DNA of 64,000 nucleotides. Origin: Phallusia mammillata (lineage: Eukaryota). Of the stretch, positions 49,991-62,167 are shown in pieces. Both the position numbers and the translations under genes were made by a program. The stretch's first letter is position 1. Each line of letters starts with the position of its first letter. Below the pieces are notes generated by a model. That model was given only the letters and a program-made list of their open reading frames with translations. It made no database searches and was not told the origin of the DNA. The stretch is taken from assembly GCA_965637545.1 (NCBI GenBank), contig OZ281494.1, positions 12,586,001-12,650,000 on the forward strand, in the 5' to 3' direction.

Positions 49991-50383
49991 GCCGAACCAG
50001 TTCCACACGACAATTAAATATTCCCCAAATTTAGTTTGGAAATAAAACACATTAAAGTTAAAGCCAAACTCCAGTACAATGCAAATGTGGCCGCTTAAGT
50101 CAAATCAGTTGAAGAACTCAGCAATTTGTTGCTTACCAGTTGCTACTGATTACCCAAGTATTCAAATGAAATTCCTTGCCCTGAAATGTTGTTACATTTA
50201 CACTACGCCTCTTAGCAGCAAGAACGCACCAGAAGGTATGAAGTTACGAAACAATTGCAACATACATAGCAAGCAGGCAATTGCGGTCACCCAGTGGAAT
50301 ACCAATTGTCTTTTCGATTATGACGTTTAAAACAATTGTTACGTTCCATAATTTTTTAGTTTATGCAGCCTGATGGTTGGTAA

Positions 50384-50812
50384 TAGTGATGCACCGAACC
50401 CGGCTAAAAAGGTTCGGGCCGAAACCGAATGTTCGGCCATGAGGCCGAATAGTTTCGGCCGAATCAAGCCGAACCTAAAATCTATGTTTCAATGGATGTT
50501 TTCAACTGAACCTTGTGTTGTTGATGCGAGTGAAGTGAATTATGACAAATCAAAATAGCTTTCACAATACGTGAGCTTTTCTAAACATCAAATATTTTGC
50601 AGAGAACGTGGCTCGTATTTTATTGATACAACAAATAGATAATTTATCATGTTTCGTATGGACGAAAATGAAATTTAGGGCCTTAATTCCATGCAATAAA
50701 AAAGTTCGGTTTCGGCCGAATTTTCAAAAAAGTTCGGGCGGAAACTGAAACATTGGAAAACAACGGATTCGGCCGAAATGTTTCGGCCAACCGAAACTTC
50801 GGTGCATCACTA
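50384..50812 (+). mobile_element. hAT-type MITE (TAGTGATGCACCGAA)
   Basis: TIRs TAGTGATGCACCGAA / TTCGGTGCATCACTA, flanking GTTGGTAA duplication, TTCGGCCGAA subterminal repeats; second copy at 63647. Confidence 0.93.
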
Positions 50813-51408
50813 AGTTGGTAATATAACGCAGCGCAGAGCTCTTCTACCTGTAACATATATTCAAAATGTTTCTGAATTCGAACAACAAGATTTTCGTCTT
50901 TATACCAGCAGAACGCAAACCTTTTTAGGCCCTGCCTAAATCCCCAACACCGCCACGCTCGTACTAAACTGCGAGAGAGAGAAACAACCAGCAAGGCAAT
51001 TCACAACAGTAGGCCTAGGCCACTGTGTATTGTACGAAGGCAGGTTTATTTTTGTTTTTGCTCTGATAACAGTTGGTGCTAAATATGTTGTTGATTGAAG
51101 TTCCGCAAAATTTGTCAACATACCTTAGGGCAGGGGTTCCCAATCGGGGGAGAAATTTCATAATTTAGGCGGAGGAATTTCCACTTAATCTGTAAGTTAT
51201 TCATTACAAGGGTAATATTTTTTAGTATATATTGGCTCTTTCAATTAATTAGATCGCCTTATATTTAAAATTAGCGGCAAACATGTGTTACGTTATTAAC
51301 GCCATCAATTGACAAGACGTTTTCTTGGTAGAATTTGTTTACTTTTATTGGCCTAAGAGTTCTATAACACCTAAAAGGTTGAATAGCACTCATAAAAATG
51401 GTTTACAT

Positions 51409-51624
51409 CAGGGGTGGGCAACCTGCGGGGCGATTAATGCGCCTGATGCTAGTTTTCTGCGATCTGGCAAAATGTGACTAGAATCAAATACGAATTATAC
51501 TTGTAGTTAAGCATATTTGGCAAGAAACAAAGCAAAATCACTTTGTGTTATGCACATGTGCGGCCCGCGATCCAATTTTAACATTTATGATTGGTCCTAC
51601 AACAACAAAGGTTGCCCACCCCTG
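51409..51624 (+). mobile_element. hAT-type MITE (CAGGGGTGGGCAACC)
   Basis: Perfect 16-bp TIRs CAGGGGTGGGCAACCT / AGGTTGCCCACCCCTG; TSD GTTTACAT, whose right copy carries a GGCCTA insertion. Confidence 0.9.
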
Positions 51625-53776
51625 GTTTAGGCCTACATAAACTTACAGAGAATGAAAACGTAACAAATTTGAGCGGCCAAATTCGTTTACTGCAACATAC
51701 GGGGCTATATTTGATGCCCATAAAAGCGAACAATTAAATCAGAAAGTGCAGATTATACCCAATGAACCAGTTAAACTAAAAGGCTTGCAAAAAAAACATA
51801 ATTCATGGCCCAACAGCACAACAACTCATTAAGTGCCCTTTCGCACATTCGATCGTGACAAAACGAAACTTACGAAGTTTGATGCGACTTTATTTCTATC
51901 TTCAACCTAAACCTGGCCCGAAAATTCCGCCCAAACTTACAACTCGGGTTAAGAGGCACTTCATATTTGCGTGTTCAAGTTCTTTGTTTCGAATAAATTT
52001 TGCGCTACTTTTGTAGCATGGAAATAACTTCAAACCTGCATAATGTAAAGAGTTCCTGCGATTATTTGATGCTTAATATTGCCTCGCGGAATTCTATTTA
52101 ACACATTTACTCGTCTAGGAATGTTTTACCCTTAATTATTGTCTGGGTACTGTTATTGTAATAGTATAATTGCGAAATTGCCCGAAGCGTATCTAAGAAA
52201 ACATTTAATGACGAAACGGAGTTTAAATTGACTGCTCCTCCTAAACAGCACTTCTTCGCAGCCAGTTTTTGAGTTTATGTGTCATTGATTCACCATTCAG
52301 TTGGTGATCTCACTGCAAATGATGAAGGATTGGTCACTAAATCTAGGGTTTGTCACGATAGACTGTGTGACGTAACAATCACGCCTTGAACCAAAACATG
52401 ACCTTATAAGTTCGAACGGACTGGCAGTTAGCAGAAATCGAACTTGGCACTGATGATCAAACTGACGTCATTTATGTGCGTAATTTTAGCCTCGGGCATT
52501 CATACATAAAACCTATTTGTTGATCGCTTAAGGTAACTGGCACAACTTGTGCAAAAACTTTGTTAGGAATGTCATAATTAGTAACAATACCTGTTTGAGA
52601 TTTTGTGAGGAAAAAATGCGCTTTGAAACATGATTAAAGTGGTAACCGAACGGTTATGGTTTAAACCAGTCCTGAAGTGAGACGATTTGACAGTTAAAAG
52701 GGTGCGACATAATTGGTAAACCAGAAGGTGGAGACCCATGCAATCGTTTTATTTGTGCTGGTAAAATTCCTATAGGCTACCAACTAATAACTAAATTTGT
52801 TGTTGTGAATTTGTCTCTTGCAGAATATAGGGTCGTCAATAATTCAGCATAAATTAATTGCTTGCCCTTTTTGTTAATTTTCACAACTTCAAACCAATTT
52901 TACCAGTTTTATCTTAATTTACAATTTTCCAAAAATCTCTGCGTTCAAGAATCTTCTGATTAAAGTAATTGACAAATTAATTCACATTACGAAAAGGAAG
53001 CTCGTCAAGATAAGTTTTGGAAGCAACAATTTATACGTGGCTTATTAAGCAACTTAATCAAGAGTGGCAATTAAGAATTAGAAATCAAAAGATCCGCCCA
53101 TATTTCATATTCAATCCGGTTTTTTTGAAGCAATGCCTTAATTGGGTTTGTGCTTAAGCGTGCTACATATGTAACTTTACCGTTGATGCGGATACCGGGA
53201 TAACGATTTGTTTTGTAACTTTTTATTTAATACACTTTTTCAATCTAGGATTTCCTTAGCGAAGATTCCAATGTTTTGAAACCCAAAAATACCACATTAA
53301 AGCAGTGATTAACATTGAACGAATCATTGTCATTTTCCAATGTGTCATTTGTAGTATGGGACGGTTCTAATTTTACCAAAATAAAATTTATGAATAATAT
53401 ACAAGCTTTCTCCACAGCAACACAATTATTCAGACAAATTTCCAACGTAGTCATTCTTTTAACAAAGGAGAAATCGCATGTTTGAGTCGTAACTTTGATG
53501 GTTTAAACATTTCATTAGACACAGTCACAAAAATAAGGTAGTATGCGTGCATTACTTATCTGGCACGCCTAAAGTGTTTGTCTGAGAATTTAATTTTCGT
53601 CCTATGGCGAAGCACTTAATTGAAGTCAAGTGTCAGAAATTCTCAATTAATTCTCTCTCTCAAAGCTGAAAAAGAAAAAGGCAGCGAGTGGTATATGAAG
53701 CAACGCTTTGTTCTGACCCTGAAGAAACATTGAAAGCGTTCAGTTACACTCAGTATTCGGAAATTTAAAACTAATC

Positions 53777-54792
53777 ATGCATTTAGGCATTGCAATTATC
53801 TTATTGGCCTTTTTGGCATTGTTCAACGAAACTTTGGGTAAGTTGTACTTACATCGAATTGTTGTGATGTTTTGACCAAACCGTTTAAAACTGCATAGAA
53901 GATGAAAATTATCACGTTTAAACTTTAAAATTAGAGAGAAAATTGAATTAAATCGTTTTTGCTTACATGTATAACTATGTTTTAAACTAACGATATTTCA
54001 AACTCTATAAATGTTCTGCTATGTTTAATTTTTATTCTTGGTTAAAACAAGACGCAGCAAAACTAAGTATGATTGATTTTTAACCTTCAAATACGTATAG
54101 GGCTGTTGTTTTCTTAGCATGTACTTAAAAGCGTTATGTTTGAACTGATAAGACTCTTTACCTCCATTTGAGTTTAAGCTAATAGGCTACATCTGAAAAA
54201 CGCTTTTACGTGGTTTTAGTCATTCGTTTTGGTTACTATGTCATAGTTTTGCACATCTAAAAATAACTTACATTTAAACAGAAACAAATGCATTTTACAT
54301 TTCCACAACTGTGTTATTGTGAATTCAGTCCTTAAAAAAATGTTATCATATTTTAGGATCAGTGGTTGAACGCCACGAACAAACTACGACACGTGGAAGC
54401 GCTGACACCCTGTCTGAATCCGTGACTACTGGCACCTCAACAACAGTGACACCCACAACGAATGCCGTGACACCGGTTACCAAACCGGTGGTAAAAGTTT
54501 CCTTTGAAACTGTACGAATAGTTACATAACGTGATATATCAGTAGAGTGTAGGGGTCTTTATTTCATTATTTTTTTGTTTCAGTTTTTGAAGTATATTTG
54601 TGATGGATTGTGCAGAGTAAACGACCAGAATATTACATGTGCAAAAACGGAACAACCTTGTAAGTTGAAAAATAAACAATTGCTTTTGTAAACAATAAAT
54701 TAAACAAATGAAGGGAAGAATCAATTAAACAACTAAATTTTAAATAACGTATGTATTTATGATCCACAGGGAACGGGATAAAATATAAATGA
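53777..54792 (+). CDS. Small secreted Thr-rich (mucin-like) protein with short Cys-containing C-terminus
   Basis: Exons 53777-53837 (MHLGIAIILLAFLALFNETLG), from 54357 (SVVERHEQTTTRG...VTTGTSTTVTPTTNAVTPVTKPV), 54584-54659 (FLKYICDGLCRVNDQNITCAKTEQP), 54770-54792 (WNGIKYK stop). All phases are compatible. Confidence 0.7.
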
Positions 54793-55244
54793 AGAACCCG
54801 TCCAAAAAGCTAAATTTAACAAGTGCCGGCCTTGACAGATATGGGTGCATGTCATAGCACTTTAACCATGAAAAATTCTCTGCAAAAAGTTTTTGACCCT
54901 TCCTCATGCCACGCTTTAGTCCTTTTTTGTCGAATGTTTGTAATGTTCATGTTGGTATTTGCCAAACTGATTTGTTCATAGGCCCACACAACTTAAGTTA
55001 GGCTTTTGATATTTACATTCAACTCTTTTAGACCGACACAAATTGGTTGGGGACAAAAATCCCACAAGATTTTTACAAACATAAAACCTGTAAATAATGT
55101 TTAAAAATAAGTATATTTAGTTTTGGAGTTGATGTTGTTTAACATTTTTTTCTTTCTACTTTAGTTCTTTGCCTGTACTGCAAGATTGGATACAATTGCC
55201 AAACCAAAAGCCTAAAGGCCTTTGGATAATGAAGCAGATACAGT

Positions 55245-55604
55245 TCACCTATAAAATAAATTCTTCAAATCCACTTGCCATAGATTTATCATTAAAGTTC
55301 TAAAAGCTAGAAATCTGTATGTTTTTGCATTTGAAGCTGTACCTTGTCGCTTGGGTGCTTTTAACTTGCGTAGAATCATATTTTTGTAATAAACGATATT
55401 TGCTGTTTTTTGCCTGTGTTCGCGCCAAATCACGTAAAGCTCAGTGTTTTTTTCCGAAAGTTGGTCCAAGTGGCAAGTCGATGAGCCAAAACTGACTTTC
55501 AAAGCGCAGCAACGACTTTTTATTGCAGCCGAACAATCTTTACAAACAACACCACACATACACAAAATCAGCATCAGGCAACCATGTGACAAACGCTGCA
55601 ACAT
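55245..55604 (-). CDS. Hypothetical 119-aa single-exon Cys-rich/basic protein with hydrophobic N-terminus
   Basis: ATG-initiated ORF, MLQRLSHGCLMLILCMCGVVC...RCC...C; no family recognised. Confidence 0.3.
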   Translation of the reverse strand: MLQRLSHGCLMLILCMCGVVCKDCSAAIKSRCCALKVSFGSSTCHLDQLSEKNTELYVIWREHRQKTANIVYYKNMILRKLKAPKRQGTASNAKTYRFLAFRTLMINLWQVDLKNLFYR

Positions 55605-55825
55605 TAACTAATCTGGCCTGATTCTTACTTACTTGTTGACTAACTGGTTGCAACGTTGGCATAGCAAAATTTATGGCCTTTTTACGCTAATTATACTCCG
55701 ATTTTTTTCCAGCCAATTTAACATGACACAAAGTATCTATTCATAAGATTTTGGTTTATTTTTCCCCCTTTTGAATTAAACTACAGTAATACTGCATCTT
55801 TCAGGATTTGAATGATTAGAAATCT

Positions 55826-56169
55826 TTATTTATCATCACATCTTCCATATTTGACGATTTCCATCTTTATTCTCCTGCAACAAATTTTTTGTGTGTAACA
55901 ATTTTTTTGGGATCCCTTGATTCAAACTTTTACACGATACTTACAGTTTGCATGCAACAGCTTGGAAAGCACATTCGTTACCGTAAGTCTTACCATTGCT
56001 CGCGCACACGGGAGCAAGAATCAAGGGGCAGACTCTGCAAATAAAAATTAGTTCAATGTTTTTCTAAATAGGGATGCAGACATTTAACTCACAATGGACA
56101 CGGTGGATTGGCCTGAATCGTTGTGAAACAAAGCACAGCAACTACCAAAAACACGGCAGCAAGTTTCAT
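55826..56169 (-). CDS. Secreted single-domain Kazal-type serine protease inhibitor (P1 Leu), 71 aa
   Basis: Exons 56093-56169, 55945-56034, 55826-55874 give MKLAAVFLVVAVLCFTTIQA-NPPCPLVCPLILAPVCASNGKTYGNECAFQAVACKLRIKMEIVKYGRCDDK, with the complete six-Cys Kazal pattern. Confidence 0.95.
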
Positions 56170-57709
56170 CTTAAATATTTTATCTTTTTCCGCTTGAAAG
56201 GATTGGTATGCTTGGCTTATTATCTGTGATAGTAAAAATATAATGAAAATCGTTAAACTGTTTGGAACAAAAGGGACCATAGACTTTCTTCGTCATATCC
56301 AGTTGCGCCTAACCTCTTTATCGGCCGTACCTCAAAATCCGTTTTTATTATAATGATCATCAGCTTAATAACTATTCGCAAATAAAAACTGTGGTAGCTA
56401 GACGTTTGAAACAAGTAGCTTACGGTTACGTGTCTTCTAAATCATAAATTCTTCACGTTTCTAAGCCAAACAGAACTTTTAGACTAGAAGCCCACGAATG
56501 AGAAAAATAGATTTATCAACGCACAGCAGTTAGAACATTGATTTTAATTAAAGTGGGCGGTCTTTGTATATTTAAAGGTTGTGCATCCCCGAGATAAATC
56601 AAAAACTGATGTTAAAATACTCTTTTTTACAACAATTCGTTTTACATTCCGCAAAAATTCTTTCTTTCGGCTTTTGTACAACCAGCAAAAATTAGTTTTC
56701 TTTCGCAAATCGCAAATGATCAATCGCAATAAACCCGCAACTAGCCTCAACGTATCTGTCAATGTGCAACTGTAAACGTTCCAGTCAGCAAAAATGGTCG
56801 CACAGCTGGGGTAAGCATTTTACATTTGCTGGACACAATTCGGTTACACATTAACATTCCAGTCAACACAGCAATAAACCACACAGTCCATCGTGTTTAC
56901 CGAAATCAGTGCTTCGACACATTGCTTGTTTGCATTGTTTATTCAACAACCCAAAAATTTTACTTTTTGACAGCATTAAATCTTATCACTTTTCTATGGG
57001 ATGCGCCTAACTTTTTAACTTCAAACCCAGCTTTTCGTAGGACTGTGATCTGTTTAGGTTTTTAATAATAAATCAAATACCCTAATAAGAAATTGATACA
57101 AACTAATTTACAGCCAACGGTTTACTCCAACGATCATACAATATAACACACAATTGAATGCGTTTGTTCAGTCACATCTTTAGCCCGCCTTCCACATATA
57201 CAACATATAATTTGCGTTTAAGGTTGCCTTCTGACTATGAAACTATTTTGTAACTGTAAGTTACTTGAAGTTGAAACATGTACAAGGCTGTGAATTTACA
57301 TGCAAAGCTCTGAAGTGGTTCCTCTGTTTCCGTACATGATGACATGGAGCCTTTAGGCCTCGTTTTTTTCCACGTTTTTCAAAAACGGCCCACATTGGTA
57401 ACATTTTTATACCACAGTTGGGCTTACATCTTTACATTCCAAAATTGATTCAAAGTACTGTATACAAATCATGGTTTGAAATGTTTGGATTCAAAATAAG
57501 TTTTTGATCGAAACGAAAGTTATTCGAAATGATTTTCTGATGTTCGTATTTGACTTTTAAATCAATAAGCTAGGTCCGCGGCTTGGCGATATTTGAACTT
57601 TTAGCATTAATTTCATACAATCAAAAATATTTTTTTAGGGTAGTCACTATAGTTACAATGAATAAAATCGCATAGTGACAAAACAAGTTTAGTGATGAAA
57701 AGCGACATT

Positions 57710-57885
57710 AAAACATCTGTTTTTTCGTTCATTGTGTTGGCGCGTGATGGATGTTCCAAGACTCGAGAGGAAACTTTGCGCTTGTTGTAATCGGTTTCCT
57801 TCACCAACACTTCAGCAGAAGAAAAGTTAATGCTGCGGTTGTGGGTGGTTGCATGGTTTGCCAATGCTGATTTCTTAGCATCATT
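57710..57885 (-). mobile_element. Penelope-like retroelement GIY-YIG endonuclease C-terminal remnant
   Basis: KSALANHATTHNRSINFSSAEVLVKETDYNKRKV...NTMNEKTD resembles the PLE endonuclease tail (KSALAEH...H.I.F...VL..E..Y.KR...N..N). No RT is visible. Confidence 0.65.
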
Positions 57886-59941
57886 TTTACCCACATAGGA
57901 AAACATGGGTAGCCACTTTTTCAAGTCAGCAAATTCATTTTGCTTGTTGTTTGCGATTTTTACTCTTTAAAGACGGCAGTCTATTTTGTTGTATGCTGTG
58001 ATACGCTTAATTACACCGTAAAGTACATGATTCTACGTTTTTAAGTTTCTGGTACGTTGCAACTAATATTTGTGATTATTTGCAACATTTTTCAAACAAG
58101 AATGTTTGTGTAGACTTTATTGCACATAAAGGATCGCGCTGTTAAACAACCCAAAGGTTGTGTCCTGAACTGTGTCATCATGCCTGTCGTAGTCTGTAGG
58201 CCTATGTCATCCTATGTTGCTTATACACCTCCATTTTTTTTTGCGTAAATAGCCTATTTCCTTAATACTGCATTATAGTCTGTTAAGACGCACCCTGTAC
58301 ATACAAAACGATCCACCCATCCAAAGGATTAAACCAGTTTATTGTAATTACGACATGAGTACAAGGGTTATACTAATTGCAAGGATTACACAGCCAATTG
58401 GAGGTCAGTGCACATTAGTCGGACGTTGCTTGTTAGTTACGCCTCATTCGTAGGGCACTTTCCCTCATTTGCATGCCTGAGAGGAAAAACAGTTGTTAAG
58501 TTTGCCATGATAACTTGTCTGTATAGGAAACACAGAATTCGGTAAAGCTTAATTTTGCAAAATTTTCAGAATGTTAAGTACTAACATTTGGACTTTTCTT
58601 TAACTTTGCTTGTTATGTTATTCTCCAGCAATGGGATACTTACCAATTACACGCCTGACATTTGTACTGTTCAAAGAGGCAGAGGTTGTCATATGTTTGA
58701 CCGTTGCTGGCACAAACTGGAGCATATTCACGAGTGCATCCCCTGCAATATATTAAGGACAAATTTTATTGGCATTGAAATACTTCAACAGATGTAATCT
58801 TCAAACCTTCAACCGGAGTTATAGCTGATTTGGCTTACGCCCACGTCGACTTTGTATACAATATCACATTTAAAAAGTGGTTAGTTTTAGTTAACTAGTT
58901 AGCAAATCCGCTTAGTACAGGTTAGCCGTTGAAGTTTTATTTTGGTTTGTGCTTTTTACAATATGAAGTACAAATTTGACTTCATGATTTTACTTCAAAC
59001 CACCGTTGACGTTAAAGGGTCGATCATCAGCGATTCCAGATTCGTAAAAAAATGCAAAACAATTTTCGACGATTAAGAAATAGACACAATTTTGCGATGA
59101 AACAACATGACTTAAAGCGTTTAACGCAATGAAGTTATTTGCTTTACTTACTTCGGACATGGATCTTCTTGTGCTTTGCACAGATTAAGGCATACAAGAA
59201 CGAATGCCAAAAATAGTGCGACGGTCTTCATGATTGCCAAATGATTTTGCTCCTACTACTATCTTTAAATATTTTCTGCAAAAAACACAAAAACGTCACA
59301 CAGGGAAATACATACATGCTAAGGTGAGCTTAAACTTGCGGTGTTTAGCACCACATGGAAGAATTGACTGATATATCGACTAAGAACTTCCATTTATAGA
59401 CTTGCTTTTATTTCATCGCAATGACCTGAGCGAAATTATGAATAGTAAAACTGAATGACATGGCGACATAGAGTTCACACAATTCGAAATTAATTTCACT
59501 GAAAAAGCGATCACACAATATAGAAAAGTTTTGAAAACGGCAAGTGATTTCATTTATACAATCATAAACTTCGGCATTCATCAAGGCCGGAATTAAATAT
59601 AAATTTATAACTTATTGACCAAGTTTCACCTGACAAATAGTTGTAAATATTACCTGGTTGACAGCTATAAAAAGTAATAAAAAATAAATGAAAATCAAAT
59701 TTCTCATAAAATTCATAAAATTTAGTCATAGAATTTATTCGGTTGACTGCGTTTTATGCGAAACTAATCGTCTTTTATAACTTCAAGGAATAGGCATTAA
59801 ACTTTTTTGGAAAATTCGAGCATTGTGGATTTAAGTCTAACTAACGTCACCATGACAAGATAAAATCAAAATTAAGTCATCATTTTTCGAAGTAGTTTAT
59901 TTGCGAAAACCGAAAACAATTTTGGAATTTGAACCATACGA

Positions 59942-60383
59942 CAGTGCTCTTCAACCTTTTTAGTGGCACGGAACCCTCAAGGTGTTTTGTCAAACTTTGC
60001 GGAACCCCCCATAAAATAATTTTAATGTAATACAAGTATCATAGAAAAAACATGCATTTTTACTTAACACACCCCAAGCGCAATAGTTGACTTCAATTAA
60101 ACGACTCACTAAAACGCATTGCCATGTTGCTTGGATCGGTCGTTTCTACATTCTTGCAACTTAGCCAAAGTGTATCAAGACTGTGTTTATTACGTCACAA
60201 TTGATCAATGGTGTAACCAAGGTTAACTAGATCGTACAGGCGAGCATTGCTGTTCACAACAATGACATTATGAATCATTCTTGTTTGAATTGCTACACCA
60301 AACCGCTGTGAACCCCTGTGCGACTCTTAAAGTTCACGGAACCCCTGTAAGGGTTGTACGGAACCCCCGGTTGAAGAGCACTG
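59942..60383 (+). mobile_element. hAT-type MITE (CAGTGCTCTTCAACC)
   Basis: Perfect 15-bp TIRs, perfect TSD CCATACGA, GGAACCCC subterminal repeats. Confidence 0.95.
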
Positions 60384-60562
60384 CCATACGAGATAAGGTG
60401 GAAAATAGCAGTAAAGGTCCAATACTTGTTTATGACAAAAATAGCGAATTATGCAGCAACTCGTCTGCTTGGTAACCACTTGATTAACACATAAGTTATT
60501 CAAATAGTCATATTGCACGACAAATTTCGAGGTATAGTTGCAATATTTCTGTCCCTGTATGG

Positions 60563-61105
60563 CAGTGGTTCCCAAACTTCATCTACTCGTGTACCATTTT
60601 TTGGTTCATGCAGCGTTCTCGTACCACCTACAATAATTGTTAGAAATGAATAAAAATGTTACTAAACTTTACTAACTAACTTTACCTTAGAAACTTTAGG
60701 CTTTAGTAACCAAAGGCTCGTAAATATTAAACAAAAATTAGTCAAACTTTTACCGCCCTCGCTACGGTGCTACTGTCAACACAACTAGTAGCTTATTATA
60801 AAATCTGACTTTAAGGACTTATTACGTTGTAATAACAGATTCATTACGTCATAATAAACCTATTTTGTCACAAAGAAACCCTGCTTTACAGTTCAATGCG
60901 TCAATACACCACAAGGAATTAGAATTTAGTAGGGAATAGAGTATGAAATTTCACGCTCTACGTAAATTGTGTGAATTAAAATAATGCTAATCAATAGAAG
61001 ATCATTTGCGATCGTTTGGGGTGAACTTAATAAGTTGCTCGCGTACCACCTTGGAGACCTTCGCGTACCACTAGTGGTACGCGTACCATAGTTTGGGAAC
61101 CACTG
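60563..61105 (+). mobile_element. hAT-type MITE (CAGTGGTTCCCAAAC)
   Basis: Perfect 16-bp TIRs, perfect TSD CTGTATGG, CGTACCA subterminal repeats. Confidence 0.95.
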
Positions 61106-61861
61106 CTGTATGGCAATGCGCAGAAACTGCAAAAGTTAGTAAAATCCTTAAAGATTTTATTTTTCACGATTTATTGTTGGAAACACTAGCTAGAAAACCA
61201 GGTGACACATCAGGTTGCTGATTGATATGTATTACAACGTTATTACGAGACAATTTAGGTTTTGAAATCATTGCTGAATGATGTGCTTTTTTAGGAATCT
61301 GTTACTTTTTCCTGGTTTGAGAATATCTACATTATCTAGCAGACCCAGTATGTGACGTGATGTTTTCGAATTCCCCCCCCTAATGTTGCATATTTGTAGG
61401 TAAACAACAACAACCTGCAACTCTAATGACACGAACTTTAGGTTCAGTGCAAAGAAGTTATTGGTCTTTAAGAATAAAATAAACAAGCAAACGAGTTTTG
61501 AAATAAGCTACTTCGGGACAGTAAAATTGGGTTAGAGCAATACGACAATTATTTTCAGTTTTAAAGGGGTTTTAGCTGAGGTGTTTTTTTGCCTGTCCAA
61601 AAGTTCATTGAACTTTAGTTTACTTCCTAAACGACTAACAAACACTTGTAAGTGATTTATCGTGATTTTCTCGAAACATCGCAAGCGAAAACAAGTCCCC
61701 ACTTTGCCCCAATGTTTTCCTATCTTTAACATGACGTACATCAACACAGTAACATGACGTCCGAGGGGTGACTAAAGCGGTCAGTCAATCGGGCAGAACG
61801 CGTTAACAGTACGGTTCGTTGTTCTCTGGTAAATATTGATGTTTTTCCGCTGCGCTTATCT

Positions 61862-61932
61862 CTATTGGCTGTATCGCTTTATTTTTGCTGAGATTGCAAC
61901 ATCAACCATCGGACTATAGGCTATAAAAGCGC
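61862..61932 (+). promoter_or_regulatory. Candidate CCAAT + TATA promoter of the Kazal gene
   Basis: ATTGG at about 61864 and TATAAAAG at about 61922-61929, about 240 nt upstream of ATG 62168; possible UTR donor AG/GTTCGT at about 62011. Confidence 0.4.
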
Positions 61933-62167
61933 AACTTGTAGTGTTTGACCACAGAGAAGGTTTAGTTTAGTTGCAGTTTACAATGTTGACATATTTTAAG
62001 GCATGCTTAAGGTTCGTTTGTTGCGAGACGGCTACAATAGTAGAATCTAGTGTATAGTATTTTAAAATGGGATTATGTTAAAGGGTGTTTTATAACCTTT
62101 GTTTTATTTTATATCATAGCGTATTTAAAACTTACAAGGTTTTTGTGACTACCCAAACACATCTATA

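Noticed and set aside
51131-51391. Additional degenerate MITE (also fragments at 21070-21250, 31620-31690, 51905-51946)
   Set aside because: Ends too decayed and no TSD, so not listed as discrete features.
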